NCBI GenBank assembly: GCA_963666425.2
Contig: OY762825.2
Span: forward strand, 2,400,001 to 2,464,000
DNA from: Bacillota bacterium
GTDB taxonomy: Bacteria > Bacillota > JAAYKD01
Direction of reading: 5' to 3'
Length of the DNA stretch: 64,000 bases
Shown here: positions 19,998 to 29,963 of the stretch, piece by piece
How positions within the stretch are numbered: the stretch's first letter is position 1
Layout: each line of letters opens with the position of its first letter
Notes under the pieces: model-generated
What the model was told of the DNA's origin: nothing
Databases searched by the model: none
What the model saw: only the letters and a program-made list of their open reading frames with translations
Made by a program: the position numbers and the translations under genes

Positions 19998-20247
19998 CTA
20001 CCAGCAAGCAGAGCGGCGAGCTGATCGATAATGAACAGCAGAAGCCAAAAGCGGAAAGTCAAAGATAAAGTAATCCTATGAGGGAACCCAGAATAAAGCA
20101 GAAGAACAGCCGTGGTGAACAACAGATTTCGTGTTGTCTGCCGCGGCTGTATATTTGCACATCGGAATGAAAACGAATATGCTTACCTTGAGCAGGCAAG
20201 TAAGGCTGTAGCTGTGGTGAGGGTAGTCAAAGGGTGCAAAAGTCCGC

Positions 20248-20276
20248 TTGACAAGTAATTTTATTACCCTTATATT
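20248..20276 (+). promoter_or_regulatory. SigA promoter of the oxidoreductase operon, with a small dyad in the spacer
   Basis: TTGACA-17 bp-TATATT; GTAAT-TTT-ATTAC in the spacer. Confidence 0.7.
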
Positions 20277-20320
20277 TAACATAGAAAAAGGTCGGCAACG
20301 AAAGAAGTGTGAAGAGAAGC

Positions 20321-21781
20321 ATGGGGAAAATTTATGATATGATAATTATCGGCGGCGGTGTGGTAGGTAATGCCGTTGCCAGAGAATTGTCTCGTTATCA
20401 GCTCAGCATTGCGATTTTGGAGAAGCAACATGATGTCTGCTGTGAAACGAGCGCGCGCAATTCCGGTGTGCTGCATGCCGGTTTCAATAATCGAACCGGC
20501 TCGCTTATGGCAAAACTCTGTGTCGAAGGTAATTTGGGTTTTGACCAACTGGCTGCCGAATTGGATGTGCCATTTAAGCGAACCGGTAAGCTGGTCGTTG
20601 GTTTTGATGACAGCGACCGCGAGCAGCTGGAAAAACTGAAGGCACAGGGAGAGGCGAACGGTGTCCCTGGCTTGTCGATCATCGAACGAACTCAAATCAA
20701 ACAGCTGGCACCCTATGTGGAAGGCAATTTTGCCATGTTTTCCGCTATGACCGGCGTCTTGGACCCGTTTCAGCTGACCATTGGTTTAGCGGAAAATGCA
20801 CATCATAACGGTGTGGAGTACTTCTTTGCTCAAGAGGTGACCGCCATCGACTGTCAAGATGGCATTTATACGCTGCGGACCAAGACAGAGATCTTTCAAA
20901 GCCGCTGGGTCATTAACGCGGCAGGTCTGCAGGCCGATCAGATCGCCACACTCCTGGGAGTAAATGACTACCAAATCTACCCTTGTCGGGGTGAATATTT
21001 TATTTTGGATCAGCAACTGAATTCTTATTTACCTTTACCGGTTTATCCGGTCCCAAATATTAAAACCGGTGGTCTCGGCATTCATCTGACTCCTTCCATC
21101 GACGGTAATATTTTCATCGGACCGAGTGCCGATTATATCGATCAGCGGGATGATTACGCTGCTACTCAAGCCGTGATGGATATGCTGATCGAAGACGGCA
21201 GTCGGATTTTTCCTTATCTCAAGCGGGAGAATTTTATTCGCAATTTCAGCGGCATTCGCCCCAAATTGGTCAGCAAAACCGAAGGTGGCTTTCTTGATTT
21301 TGTCATTGAACGGCGCCGGGAAGCATCGCATGCCATCCAACTGATCGGTATCGAATCACCCGGATTAACCGCCTCCACCCCCATCGCCCGGCAAGTGGTC
21401 CGTTTGATCGAGGAGGTGGAGAAATTGCAGCAGAAGGCAGATTTTGACCCAATCCGCAAGCGTCCGATCTGCTTCCGTGAACGAAGCCATGCGGAACAAG
21501 CAGAATTGGTGGCGGAGAATCCTGATTATGGTGAGATTATCTGTCGCTGCGAAACAATTACCAAAGCCGAAGTGCTGGCTGCGATTCATAATCCTCTGGC
21601 TGTCGCTACGATAGCAGGCATTAAATACCGCTGTCGCGCCATGATGGGGCGCTGCCAGGGCGGCTATTGTCAAACACGGATTGCCGAGCTGTTGATGCAA
21701 GAAAATCAACTGAAACCGGAAGAAGTTCTTCTGCATCGGGACGGCTCTTATTTATTCACAGGAAGAGTGAGATCATGCTGA
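20321..21781 (+). CDS. FAD-dependent oxidoreductase (GlpA/LhgO-like) with a C-terminal BFD-like [2Fe-2S] domain
   Basis: IIGGGVVG, TSARNSGVLHAG, GIESPGLTA, ICRCETIT...MGRCQGGYC. Confidence 0.88.
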   Translation: MGKIYDMIIIGGGVVGNAVARELSRYQLSIAILEKQHDVCCETSARNSGVLHAGFNNRTGSLMAKLCVEGNLGFDQLAAELDVPFKRTGKLVVGFDDSDREQLEKLKAQGEANGVPGLSIIERTQIKQLAPYVEGNFAMFSAMTGVLDPFQLTIGLAENAHHNGVEYFFAQEVTAIDCQDGIYTLRTKTEIFQSRWVINAAGLQADQIATLLGVNDYQIYPCRGEYFILDQQLNSYLPLPVYPVPNIKTGGLGIHLTPSIDGNIFIGPSADYIDQRDDYAATQAVMDMLIEDGSRIFPYLKRENFIRNFSGIRPKLVSKTEGGFLDFVIERRREASHAIQLIGIESPGLTASTPIARQVVRLIEEVEKLQQKADFDPIRKRPICFRERSHAEQAELVAENPDYGEIICRCETITKAEVLAAIHNPLAVATIAGIKYRCRAMMGRCQGGYCQTRIAELLMQENQLKPEEVLLHRDGSYLFTGRVRSC

Positions 21782-23016
21782 ACGTCATCAAAAAGCAGGT
21801 GGTGATCATTGGCGGAGGTCCCGCCGGTTTAGCAGCAGCGGTGGAACTGAAGAAAAACGGAATCAGCGACCTCATCGTGTTGGAGCGGGAAAAGCAACCC
21901 GGCGGTATTCTGCGTCAATGCATCCACGATGGGTTTGGTCTGACCAGATTTCAGGAAACCATCTCGGGGCCAGAGTATGCCCAGCGTTTTCTTGAAGAGG
22001 CCAAGGCGCTTGAAATTGAGATTGTAACAGATACAACGGTGATTGATCTGACAGCCGAGAGACTAGTCACAGCAACATCCAAAAGAGGAGTCGTCTGTTA
22101 TCAGGCAGAAGCCATCGTCCTCGCCATGGGCTGTCGGGAGCGTACCCGCGGCGCGCTGGCCATTCCCGGTTCGCGTCCCGCCGGTGTCTTCACCGCCGGC
22201 GTGGTGCAGGCTTATCTGAATCTGAAAAACCTGATGGTGGGTAAGGAAGTCGTGATCCTGGGTTCCGGTGATATCGGCATGATTATGGCACGTCGGCTGA
22301 GTTTGGAAGGCGCCAAAGTCAAAGCGGTCTTTGAAATATTACCGTATGCCAGCGGCTTACCGCGCAATATAGAACAATGCCTGAATGATTATGATATTCC
22401 GCTCTATCTGAACCATACCATCACCGAAATTCATGGTAAAGCGCGCCTCACTGGGGTGACGGTCAGTCAAGTAGACGAAAACAGACAACCCATCAAAGGC
22501 AGCGAAGCATTCTATGCCTGCGATACTTTGATTCTTTCCGTCGGTTTGATTCCGGAAAACGAGCTTGCCAAAAAAGCCGGTGTGGAGCTCGATCCCCGCA
22601 GTAAAGGCGCTGTCGTGGACGAAAATTACCAAACCAGTGTACCCGGTGTTTTTGCAGCTGGGAATGTGCTGCATGTGCATGATTTGGTCGATTTTGTTTC
22701 CCTGGAGGCGGAAAATCTGGCGCATGGTGTGCAGCGCTATCTGCAAAGCAGTCTTACCTTCTCTGCCATTGCCGTAACGACAGAGGGAATCAGCCACACA
22801 ATTCCGCAGAGGATCAGCGGCGAACGGGACATTAAGCTGTTTTTCCGGGTGCAGCAACCACGGCAGAACTGTGTGGTAGAAATTCAGCAGGACGGGAATA
22901 CGATTGCCTTGAGAAAATTCCGCAAGCTACTGCCGGCGGTGATGGAACAAATCAATTTACCGGCAGCCAGGCTGCAAAGTAAAAATCCAATCAAGGTGGT
23001 GGTGAAAGATGCGTAA
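21775..23016 (+). CDS. Pyridine nucleotide-disulfide oxidoreductase (partner subunit)
   Basis: IIGGGPAG, GGILRQCIHDGFG, AMGCRER, GSGDIG, GNVLHVHDLVD. Start ATG 21775 overlaps the upstream stop. Confidence 0.88.
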   Translation: MLNVIKKQVVIIGGGPAGLAAAVELKKNGISDLIVLEREKQPGGILRQCIHDGFGLTRFQETISGPEYAQRFLEEAKALEIEIVTDTTVIDLTAERLVTATSKRGVVCYQAEAIVLAMGCRERTRGALAIPGSRPAGVFTAGVVQAYLNLKNLMVGKEVVILGSGDIGMIMARRLSLEGAKVKAVFEILPYASGLPRNIEQCLNDYDIPLYLNHTITEIHGKARLTGVTVSQVDENRQPIKGSEAFYACDTLILSVGLIPENELAKKAGVELDPRSKGAVVDENYQTSVPGVFAAGNVLHVHDLVDFVSLEAENLAHGVQRYLQSSLTFSAIAVTTEGISHTIPQRISGERDIKLFFRVQQPRQNCVVEIQQDGNTIALRKFRKLLPAVMEQINLPAARLQSKNPIKVVVKDA

Positions 23017-23386
23017 ATTTCTAACCTGTATTCTTTGTCCCAATGGCTGCGCTCTTGAGACAGAGCAGGAAGGCAAGCTTTTGGTTTCTCTCAGCGGCAA
23101 TCTCTGTCCGAAAGGCAGAGAATACGCGCAACAGGAATTGACAGCACCGCTGCGCAGCATCGCATCATCGGTGAAGCTGCAGGGCGGTGAATTGCCCCTC
23201 TGCAGTGTTCGCCTGACCAAACCGGTTCCGAAAGACAGATTGATGGATGTGATGGCTGAAATCAAAAAACAAACGCTGACAGCGCCAACCCGCATCGGTC
23301 AAGTGGTGATCGCTAACGTCCTGGGTTTCAACAGCGATGTGATTGTAACTAAAGAGATCAAGGCGGAGCAAAACCACGGCGAATAG
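23009..23386 (+). CDS. DUF1667-family (molybdopterin oxidoreductase-like, Cys-containing) small subunit
   Basis: TCILCPNGC...GNLCPKGREYA..E...P.R. Third gene of the overlapping trio. Confidence 0.85.
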   Translation: MRKFLTCILCPNGCALETEQEGKLLVSLSGNLCPKGREYAQQELTAPLRSIASSVKLQGGELPLCSVRLTKPVPKDRLMDVMAEIKKQTLTAPTRIGQVVIANVLGFNSDVIVTKEIKAEQNHGE

Positions 23387-23504
23387 GGAAGAACAAGCCA
23401 AAGACAGGAGGGCTGGCAGGCAGGAATTTCCTGCTTTCTTCACGAAATGCAGGAGCATCAATCCACTTTTCTTTACAGGAACCAAACAATAGGAGGCGAT
23501 TCGG

Positions 23505-24137
23505 ATGGGCAAATCTGCTGTGATTACTTGGTTGGGTCATTCCTGCTTTCGCATCAATTTTAATGGGTATCAAGTTATCATCGATCCATATAAAGCAAAA
23601 TCTGTTCCCGGTTTGCAGCTTGCACAGCAAAATGCCAATGCTGTTTACTGTAGTCACGAGCACAGTGATCATGCTGCACGGGAGACTGTGCTGCTGATTT
23701 CCGAGAAACATCCAATTCCTTACCAACTCAGCACCGTCGAGACTGCACATGATGCGGCAGGAGGTACCGAACGCGGCATGAATCTGATTCACTTATTCGA
23801 CTATGATGGTTTACGCATCGCACATTTTGGTGATCTTGGCAGTCCGCTGACCGCAGATCAGCTCAAGAAGCTGGGCAGAGTTGATGTTGCGCTGGTCCCG
23901 GTTGGCGGTCATTTCACGATTGACGCAAAACAAGCCTGCGAATTGGCCGATCTACTCAAGCCGATTGTTTTCATCCCCATGCATTACCGCACTGAAAACT
24001 TCGGTTATGCAGCCATTGGAACCCTGGATGAATTCCTGGTGCTTTGCTCCAATACGCTGCAGTACAACAGTAATACGCTGACGGTGAACAAAGAAGTACC
24101 GAAACAAACAGCCATACTGCAATACCAACAGCCATAA
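23505..24137 (+). CDS. Metallo-beta-lactamase-fold hydrolase (Lactamase_B_3-like)
   Basis: WLGHSCF, IIDPY, SHEHSDH, HFGDLG, PVGG, IPMHY. Confidence 0.88.
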   Translation: MGKSAVITWLGHSCFRINFNGYQVIIDPYKAKSVPGLQLAQQNANAVYCSHEHSDHAARETVLLISEKHPIPYQLSTVETAHDAAGGTERGMNLIHLFDYDGLRIAHFGDLGSPLTADQLKKLGRVDVALVPVGGHFTIDAKQACELADLLKPIVFIPMHYRTENFGYAAIGTLDEFLVLCSNTLQYNSNTLTVNKEVPKQTAILQYQQP

Positions 24138-24145
24138 AATGATGT

Positions 24146-24206
24146 GAAAAACCCTTTTCTGCTCTGGTTGCTGACAAGCGCCGCTGCAGAAAGGGTTTTC
24201 TTTTTT
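24146..24206 (+). terminator. Intrinsic terminator
   Basis: GAAAAACCCTTTTCTGC...GCAGAAAGGGTTTTC followed by a T-run. Confidence 0.65.
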
Positions 24207-24309
24207 CAGGATAGATGTGTGATGACTGCCGTAAAAAACAGGAATCGGAGCTTCCCGGAGAGAATCAAGAAAGATAAGTCCGGAGGATAGAAAATGAGGA
24301 GTGAAACAT

Positions 24310-25821
24310 ATGCTGGCTGACGGAAAATTGTTTGTGGCCAAGAATGAAAATCGGATTTATCTTTTGCCGCAGATGGCAAATCGGCACGGTTTGGTCAGTG
24401 GGGCCACTGGTACAGGAAAAACCATCACTTTAAAAGTTTTGGCAGAGAGTTTCAGTGATTTGGGTGTACCTGTTTTTCTTGCCGATATCAAAGGTGATCT
24501 GGCGGGTATGTGCCGTGCCGGCGTTGACAGCGAAGGGATGCAAAAACGCATCGCGCGGTTTGGCTTGGAGGGGTTTCGCTATCAAGCGTATCCCACCCGC
24601 TTTTGGGATATCTTCGGCGAATACGGGCATCCCGTCCGCACCACTGTTTCTGAAATGGGACCGCTGCTCTTAGCACGGTTATTAGAGTTAAATGAAACAC
24701 AAAGCGGGGTTTTGAATATTGTCTTTCGGATTGCCGATGAGAAGAAAATGCTGTTACTGGATATCAAAGATCTCCGATCGGTACTGCAGTATGTGGCTGA
24801 AAATGCCAAAGAGTTCAGAATTCAGTATGGCAATATTTCTGCAGCTAGCGTAGGGGCGATTTTACGCTCCCTTTTAGCAATTGAAGACCAAGGCGGGCAT
24901 CTTTTCTTCGGCGAGCCGGCTTTGGACGTCATGGATTGGATGAAAACGGATACGGACGGCAGGGGCTTTATCAATATTCTGCATTGTGTAAAATTGTTTC
25001 AAAGCCCTGCACTTTATTCTACTTTTCTGCTTTGGATGCTATCCGAATTGTTTGAAGTGCTGCCGGAAGCCGGCGATCTCAAACGTCCCCGCATGGTCTT
25101 TTTCTTTGACGAGGCTCATTTATTATTTGAGGAAGCTCCCAAAGCTTTGCTACAGAAAATCGAACAGGTTGCCCGCTTGATTCGTTCCAAAGGAGTCGGT
25201 GTTTATTTCGTCACGCAAAACCCTATGGATGTACCGGATCCTGTCTTGGCGCAGTTAGGCAATCGGATTCAGCACGCGCTGCGGGCTTATACGCCGGCAG
25301 AACAGAAGGTTGTTAAGGCTGCCGCCGATACCTTCCGCCCCAACCCTGCCTTCGAAACCTCAGAAGTGATTACTCAATTGGGAACCGGAGAAGCGCTTGT
25401 CTCTTTGCTGGATGAAGACGGCCGGCCGGGAATCGTGCAGCAGGCTTTCATTCTGCCGCCGCAGAGCTTGATGGGTACGATCGGCGATGACGTACGGGCA
25501 CAGGTGATTGCGCAAAGTGAATTCTATCTGAAATATGGTAAAACCATTGACCGCGATTCTGCTCATGAAATGCTGCAGCGGCTGCGTCAGGACAATGAGA
25601 TCGAACAGCAGAGAATGGAACGTGAAAAGCTATATGAAGTAGAACGGCAGCAAATCGAAAAAGAGAGAGCGCAATTGGCCAAAGAAAAAGAAAAAATCAA
25701 TGCTAAGAAAGCAAACAAGCGCACCGCTTTTGATAAGGTTACGGATTCCGCTTTGAGTACGGTGGGACGCGAAGCGACTCGTGCCTTGATCCGCGGTTTA
25801 TTTGGCAGCTTAAAGCGATAA
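24310..25821 (+). CDS. HerA-like ATPase, DUF853/YjgR family
   Basis: [57 protein letters not shown]-terminal RGLFGSL. Confidence 0.92.
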   Translation: MLADGKLFVAKNENRIYLLPQMANRHGLVSGATGTGKTITLKVLAESFSDLGVPVFLADIKGDLAGMCRAGVDSEGMQKRIARFGLEGFRYQAYPTRFWDIFGEYGHPVRTTVSEMGPLLLARLLELNETQSGVLNIVFRIADEKKMLLLDIKDLRSVLQYVAENAKEFRIQYGNISAASVGAILRSLLAIEDQGGHLFFGEPALDVMDWMKTDTDGRGFINILHCVKLFQSPALYSTFLLWMLSELFEVLPEAGDLKRPRMVFFFDEAHLLFEEAPKALLQKIEQVARLIRSKGVGVYFVTQNPMDVPDPVLAQLGNRIQHALRAYTPAEQKVVKAAADTFRPNPAFETSEVITQLGTGEALVSLLDEDGRPGIVQQAFILPPQSLMGTIGDDVRAQVIAQSEFYLKYGKTIDRDSAHEMLQRLRQDNEIEQQRMEREKLYEVERQQIEKERAQLAKEKEKINAKKANKRTAFDKVTDSALSTVGREATRALIRGLFGSLKR

Positions 25822-25875
25822 GAAACAAGCGAAGCGTGGAGGACGGTCATCGTTTCGCCCGGATCAGGATCAGCA

Positions 25876-25963
25876 AATGAAAAGAGCCCGAATGCTTCTG
25901 CGACCGACGCGTCACCGATCAAAGTGACGTACTGGCGGAGTAAGGTTCGGGCTTTTTCTCATT
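25876..25963. terminator. Long imperfect bidirectional hairpin between convergent genes
   Basis: AATGAAAAGAGCCCGAA...CGTCAC-loop-GTGACG...TTCGGGCTTTTTCTCATT. Confidence 0.65.
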
Positions 25964-26000
25964 CTGTGCTGAACTGGTAAACAGTCAGCAGTTAGACATG

Positions 26001-27653
26001 TTAATCTGTCAGCAGTTTATTATAGTTGATCGTAATCAGTAGAGGATATCCTTGATTGCGATACTCGGTATCGACTTTGAAATTTTCTCCCAAAGCAGTG
26101 GCAAAATTAGGAGAAGACAGGCCAGTTTCAGTCATACTCGCAGTGACGGAGCTTATCCAGTTGTTCTCGGCAGCGAGCGTACCGCAAGCTAAAACGCTGC
26201 TGTCAGCCCGATAATACAGATTAGTCAACGTGGCAGAGAGTTGAACAGCTTCTCCCAGAATAGCACCGGTTACCTGGGCCAAACTGTAATAATCAAAGCT
26301 GCCATAAATGGGGTCATAAATATCGATGCTGCCGGCAGCGTTGCCGTTGGTCAGTTGTCCGGCATGATAGCAGTTTTCCAGGCGGTTATATTGCAGCAGA
26401 TACCCGGCAATACCGCCCACGCCGTGCGCATTTTGCGCCGATATTTTGCCCAGGTTGTAACAATCGGTGATTGAGTTTTCTACTTCGTCAGAGATACCGC
26501 GGGTGGAAGCCCGACCGGAGCCGACGATTCCGCCTACAAATGCTTCACAGCTGCTGCTGATACTGCCAATGTTGAAACAGCGCTCAATGCTGACCCGCGA
26601 GGAAATATCACCGGCGATTCCAGCCATGGCAATCGCGAAACCTTCAACGGTTCCGGTATTAAAGCAGTCAGAGATATTAGAGTTTGTAGCGCTGCCGGTG
26701 ATCCCGCCGATCCAAGCACCGAGTGTACGGCCAATAGAGTAGAGTTCCACTGCTGCACTGCAGCGAATGTTGGCCAGGTTGCCACAGCTGTTGATTTGAG
26801 TTGCAGTGATGCTGCCGGCAATGCCACCGCCAAGTTGGCTGGCGCAAGTCAATTTTCCGTGATAATAACAGGAGGTAATCACTTCGGAAACGGCTTTTCC
26901 CACAATTCCGCCGACATTTTTCGTGCCTTGAACATCAGATTGGTAAACACTGATATTAACCAGGCTGCCATTGGCAACACTACCGAATAAGCCGGTTTCG
27001 TTTCGATCCGTGGCTGTATTTAAATGGCAGAGAAAAAAACCGTTACCATTATAATGGCCTTTAAAAACGGTAACCGTCGTTTTGAGGCTGGATTCGCCCG
27101 ATAGTACGACGCTGTGCCTACCGCCAATGGGCAGCCAATCGATGCTGTTTAAATCAAAATTGGCAGTCTGTATAAAATAAGTATTGGCATATTCATTCTT
27201 GCGTGCCACTTGTTCAGACAGATAAGCCAATTCAGCAGGGGAGTTGATCTGGTAAGGGTCATCTGCTACGCCACGGCCGGCGCTGAATCCTCTGGCGATG
27301 CTGCCATCCCAAATAGTAAGATAAGCAGCCTCAATGATTTCTCCAACGGAGTGAATGACCGGCTCAGATGGTAGATTGGCAGCTGTTTCGGAGGAGATTG
27401 TCTGCACAAGCTTCCCACTTGCCGGTTCAACCGGACCGCCGGCTTGGATGTTTTTATGTAGCTCTGTTAGCTGAAAGCCAATGCTTGGAGTAGATTTTTG
27501 CTGTTCTTGTGCTCCTGCTGGGGTATTTACTTCACTTGATTCACCATCCAACGATTGATTGAGAAGATCAGTCACTTTTGTACAGGCAGCGCAAGCAAAG
27601 AAACCAGCGAGGATAAGAATGAAAGCCAGGAGTTTGGCAGTTCGCTTCATCAT
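26001..27653 (-). CDS. Lipoprotein with GLUG/beta-helix-like repeats
   Basis: Signal peptide ending ACAAC. GxGxxDDPYQI, WLPIG, FKGHYNGNG, GLFG and repeated VGGIVG...I..CYN.G.I units. Confidence 0.8.
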   Translation of the reverse strand: MMKRTAKLLAFILILAGFFACAACTKVTDLLNQSLDGESSEVNTPAGAQEQQKSTPSIGFQLTELHKNIQAGGPVEPASGKLVQTISSETAANLPSEPVIHSVGEIIEAAYLTIWDGSIARGFSAGRGVADDPYQINSPAELAYLSEQVARKNEYANTYFIQTANFDLNSIDWLPIGGRHSVVLSGESSLKTTVTVFKGHYNGNGFFLCHLNTATDRNETGLFGSVANGSLVNISVYQSDVQGTKNVGGIVGKAVSEVITSCYYHGKLTCASQLGGGIAGSITATQINSCGNLANIRCSAAVELYSIGRTLGAWIGGITGSATNSNISDCFNTGTVEGFAIAMAGIAGDISSRVSIERCFNIGSISSSCEAFVGGIVGSGRASTRGISDEVENSITDCYNLGKISAQNAHGVGGIAGYLLQYNRLENCYHAGQLTNGNAAGSIDIYDPIYGSFDYYSLAQVTGAILGEAVQLSATLTNLYYRADSSVLACGTLAAENNWISSVTASMTETGLSSPNFATALGENFKVDTEYRNQGYPLLITINYNKLLTD

Positions 27654-27773
27654 TGTGATCTTCCTTTCTCTATTTAGCAGAGATTAAGATCAATATAGCA
27701 TAAAATGAGATTGGAAACAATCGGGAATGCGAATTTCGTGATTGAAAGACTGAAGCGGAACTCGTGGTATGAA

Positions 27774-27815
27774 AAATCCCGGAATTGCAGTTTATGAACT
27801 GCAATTCCGGGATTT
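27774..27815. terminator. Perfect 19-bp hairpin after the SPFH/Arc operon
   Basis: AAATCCCGGAATTGCAGTT-TATG-AACTGCAATTCCGGGATTT. Confidence 0.75.
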
Positions 27816-27845
27816 CATAAAATTATCTGAGAAGTGATGCTTTGA

Positions 27846-28079
27846 TCAACTGGATTTCGATTTGCTTTCAAAAGGTGATGTCTGTTCCTGCTGAATTTCC
27901 GCAGCAGAATCTCTGAAATTCTTGTTGCGCTGTCGTACGCTTTCGGTAAGAAGATATTCAATCTGGCCATTGATGGACCGAAAATCATCTTCTGCCCAAG
28001 CGGCTAACGCCTTCCAGAGCGTGGGAGATAAGCGCAGCAAGAGTTGTTTTTTATCTCTCTCGTTCTTTTGTTCTGCCAT
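27846..28079 (-). CDS. Arc-like ribbon-helix-helix DNA-binding protein
   Basis: [35 protein letters not shown]. Start lies immediately after the SPFH stop (TAG-TG-ATG). Confidence 0.85.
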   Translation of the reverse strand: MAEQKNERDKKQLLLRLSPTLWKALAAWAEDDFRSINGQIEYLLTESVRQRNKNFRDSAAEIQQEQTSPFESKSKSS

Positions 28080-28081
28080 CA

Positions 28082-29092
28082 CTAGTAAATAGAACCGCTG
28101 TTGACGATCGGCTGCGCATCTTTGCCGCTGCAAAGTACAACAAGCAAATTGCTGACCATAGCAGCCTTTCTTTCTTCATCCAATTGAACAATGCCATTCT
28201 CATTCAATTTAATCAGTGCCATTTCTACCATACCCACAGCACCATCGACGATCATCTTTCTTGCGTCGATGATAGCGGAGGCTTGCTGGCGCTGCAGCAT
28301 GGCAGCGGCAATTTCCGGTGCATAAGCAAGATGAGTAATCCGTGCTTCCATGATCTCCAGACCGGCAATATTAACCCGCTCCTGGATTTCAGTCTTCAGA
28401 CGTTCCGCTACATCCTGGCTGCTGCCGCGCAAGGTCATTTCCTCTCCCTCAGCAGCAATATCATAAGGATAGAGCCTGGCGATATTGCGCAGAGAAGAAT
28501 CGCATTGAATGGAAAGATAAGCTTTATAATTTTCCACATTGAAAACAGCCATAGCGGTATTGACGACGCGCCAAATCACAACAATGCCGATCTCGACCGG
28601 ATTGCCCAGCAAGTCATTCACTTTTTGTTTGTTGTTATTGAGCGTCATTGTTTTTAAAGAAATCGTTTTCTTTGGCAGAACGGTATGTGAACTGTTCTGC
28701 GGTGTATTCAATTGAGCAATGGGATTTTGATCCTCCGTCGCGGTTGCCATGCCGGCTCCGGAAGTGGGATTGACGGCGGAAACAAACGGATTGACATAGA
28801 AAAAACCTTCGCCTTTCAGTGTGCCGATGTATTTGCCGAACAGAGTTAGAACCAAGGCTTCCTGAGGTTTGAGGATTTTTAAGCCCATAAAAGGAATCCA
28901 AAATAGACAGCTATACAAACAACCAATGATCAGCAAAAGGGTACCCAGTGCTGTGCGATGACCGTTTTCTAAAACAATAGCACCCACAATAATGGCCGCG
29001 ATTCCAGCCAGTGTTAACAAGATACTGAAAATCAACATGAACATGCCGTTTTGGGCTTTGAGTTCGATTTCCTTAGAATAAGGTTCATTCAT
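28082..29092 (-). CDS. SPFH/Band 7 domain membrane protein
   Basis: Two N-terminal TM helices, [46 protein letters not shown]. Confidence 0.92.
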   Translation of the reverse strand: MNEPYSKEIELKAQNGMFMLIFSILLTLAGIAAIIVGAIVLENGHRTALGTLLLIIGCLYSCLFWIPFMGLKILKPQEALVLTLFGKYIGTLKGEGFFYVNPFVSAVNPTSGAGMATATEDQNPIAQLNTPQNSSHTVLPKKTISLKTMTLNNNKQKVNDLLGNPVEIGIVVIWRVVNTAMAVFNVENYKAYLSIQCDSSLRNIARLYPYDIAAEGEEMTLRGSSQDVAERLKTEIQERVNIAGLEIMEARITHLAYAPEIAAAMLQRQQASAIIDARKMIVDGAVGMVEMALIKLNENGIVQLDEERKAAMVSNLLVVLCSGKDAQPIVNSGSIY

Positions 29093-29116
29093 GATAAAAG
29101 CCTCCTCTTGATATTT

Positions 29117-29157
29117 TAGTGATATCGATATAATATCACTATTAAGAAGGCTGTCAA
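29117..29157 (-). promoter_or_regulatory. SPFH operon promoter with a palindromic operator over the -10
   Basis: TTGACA-16 bp-TATTAT (TG-extended). TAGTGATAT-N7-ATATCACTA at 29117-29141. Confidence 0.7.
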
Positions 29158-29184
29158 GCAGTCAGCAAATATTTATTTGTTGCC

Positions 29185-29213
29185 TTGACCATTCAGCCAA
29201 ATTATGTTATATT
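29185..29213 (+). promoter_or_regulatory. SigA promoter of tmRNA
   Basis: TTGACC-17 bp-TATATT with an extended -10 TG. Confidence 0.7.
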
Positions 29214-29226
29214 ATAGTGTAAACAT

Positions 29227-29578
29227 GGGGGCGTAATGGTTTCGACGGGGATAGGATTGATCTGGTAAGCGAGCCGTGGACCAGGGCCACGTTAAAACTT
29301 GGACGACAGATAACTGTCAACAACAATCAATTAATCGCTGCTTAGTAAATAAGTAGCCGTTCGACCAGCCTACCGCCGACGGGGCTGGGCGAGCGTCATT
29401 AAGTCGGCTACCCGGTAGGAGACGACCGTATCCTATTTGGGGAAACACACGGAATAGTGTAGGGCAGATTTGGCGATAGGAAGCTGCCTGAGGCGATAAC
29501 TCAAATCGATCGCTGCGCTCGGAGAAAGCCTTATTGGTTCATTTTCGGACATGGGTTCGATTCCCATCGCCTCCACCA
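29227..29578 (+). ncRNA. ssrA: tmRNA; predicted tag (A)VNNNQLIAA* at 29316-29345
   Basis: 5' GGGGGCGTAATGGTTTCGACGGGG, 3' GACATGGGTTCGATTCCCATCGCCTCCACCA (G3-U acceptor pair), ATAACT resume context, and an ORF ending AA-stop. Confidence 0.97.
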
Positions 29579-29581
29579 TTG

Positions 29582-29643
29582 TGTGCCAAGGGGACGGGGG
29601 TGTTGGCACAGCTTTGTGCCAACACCCCCGTCCCCTTGGCACA
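29582..29643. repeat. REP-like long palindrome, copy 1 (29-bp perfect arms, 4-nt loop)
   Basis: TGTGCCAAGGGGACGGGGGTGTTGGCACA-GCTT-TGTGCCAACACCCCCGTCCCCTTGGCACA. Confidence 0.9.
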
Positions 29644-29669
29644 TAAAAAACCACTTCTCGAGGGATGCT

Positions 29670-29963
29670 ATGAAAATATATAAGAATCCCAATTGCAAAA
29701 AGGTCAGGGGCAGCCAGCTTTTAGAAGTCAGCTGCGCTTATTGCAAAAGTTTTATTGCACTCTATCAAAAAGCAGGCGAAAGTAATTTTGTAAAAATGTA
29801 TAACGATAGAATCATAGAAGGCTCCATTGACTTCTCACAGTATCACGGCGCTCTTTTTTGCGCCAACTGCGGAAAGCAAAATGCTACACGCTACATCACC
29901 AAGATGGATAAAAAAGAAGCGTATCGTTTCATACCATCTGCATTTAACAAGAAAAAAATCTAA
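29670..29963 (+). CDS. Small basic protein with two CxxC pairs (putative zinc ribbon)
   Basis: CAYC...YQK.G...KMYNDRI...CANC. Start ATG 29670. Confidence 0.65.
   Translation: MKIYKNPNCKKVRGSQLLEVSCAYCKSFIALYQKAGESNFVKMYNDRIIEGSIDFSQYHGALFCANCGKQNATRYITKMDKKEAYRFIPSAFNKKKI

Noticed and set aside
23505-25821. MBL hydrolase plus HerA-like ATPase as an anti-phage pair
   Set aside because: The ATPase is the widespread DUF853/YjgR type and a terminator separates the two genes.
29433-29669. ORFs 29433..29654(-), the 5' extension of 29583, and the similar extension at 31535
   Set aside because: These are translations of the tmRNA antisense strand and of the palindromes; better starts lie at 29670 and 31601.
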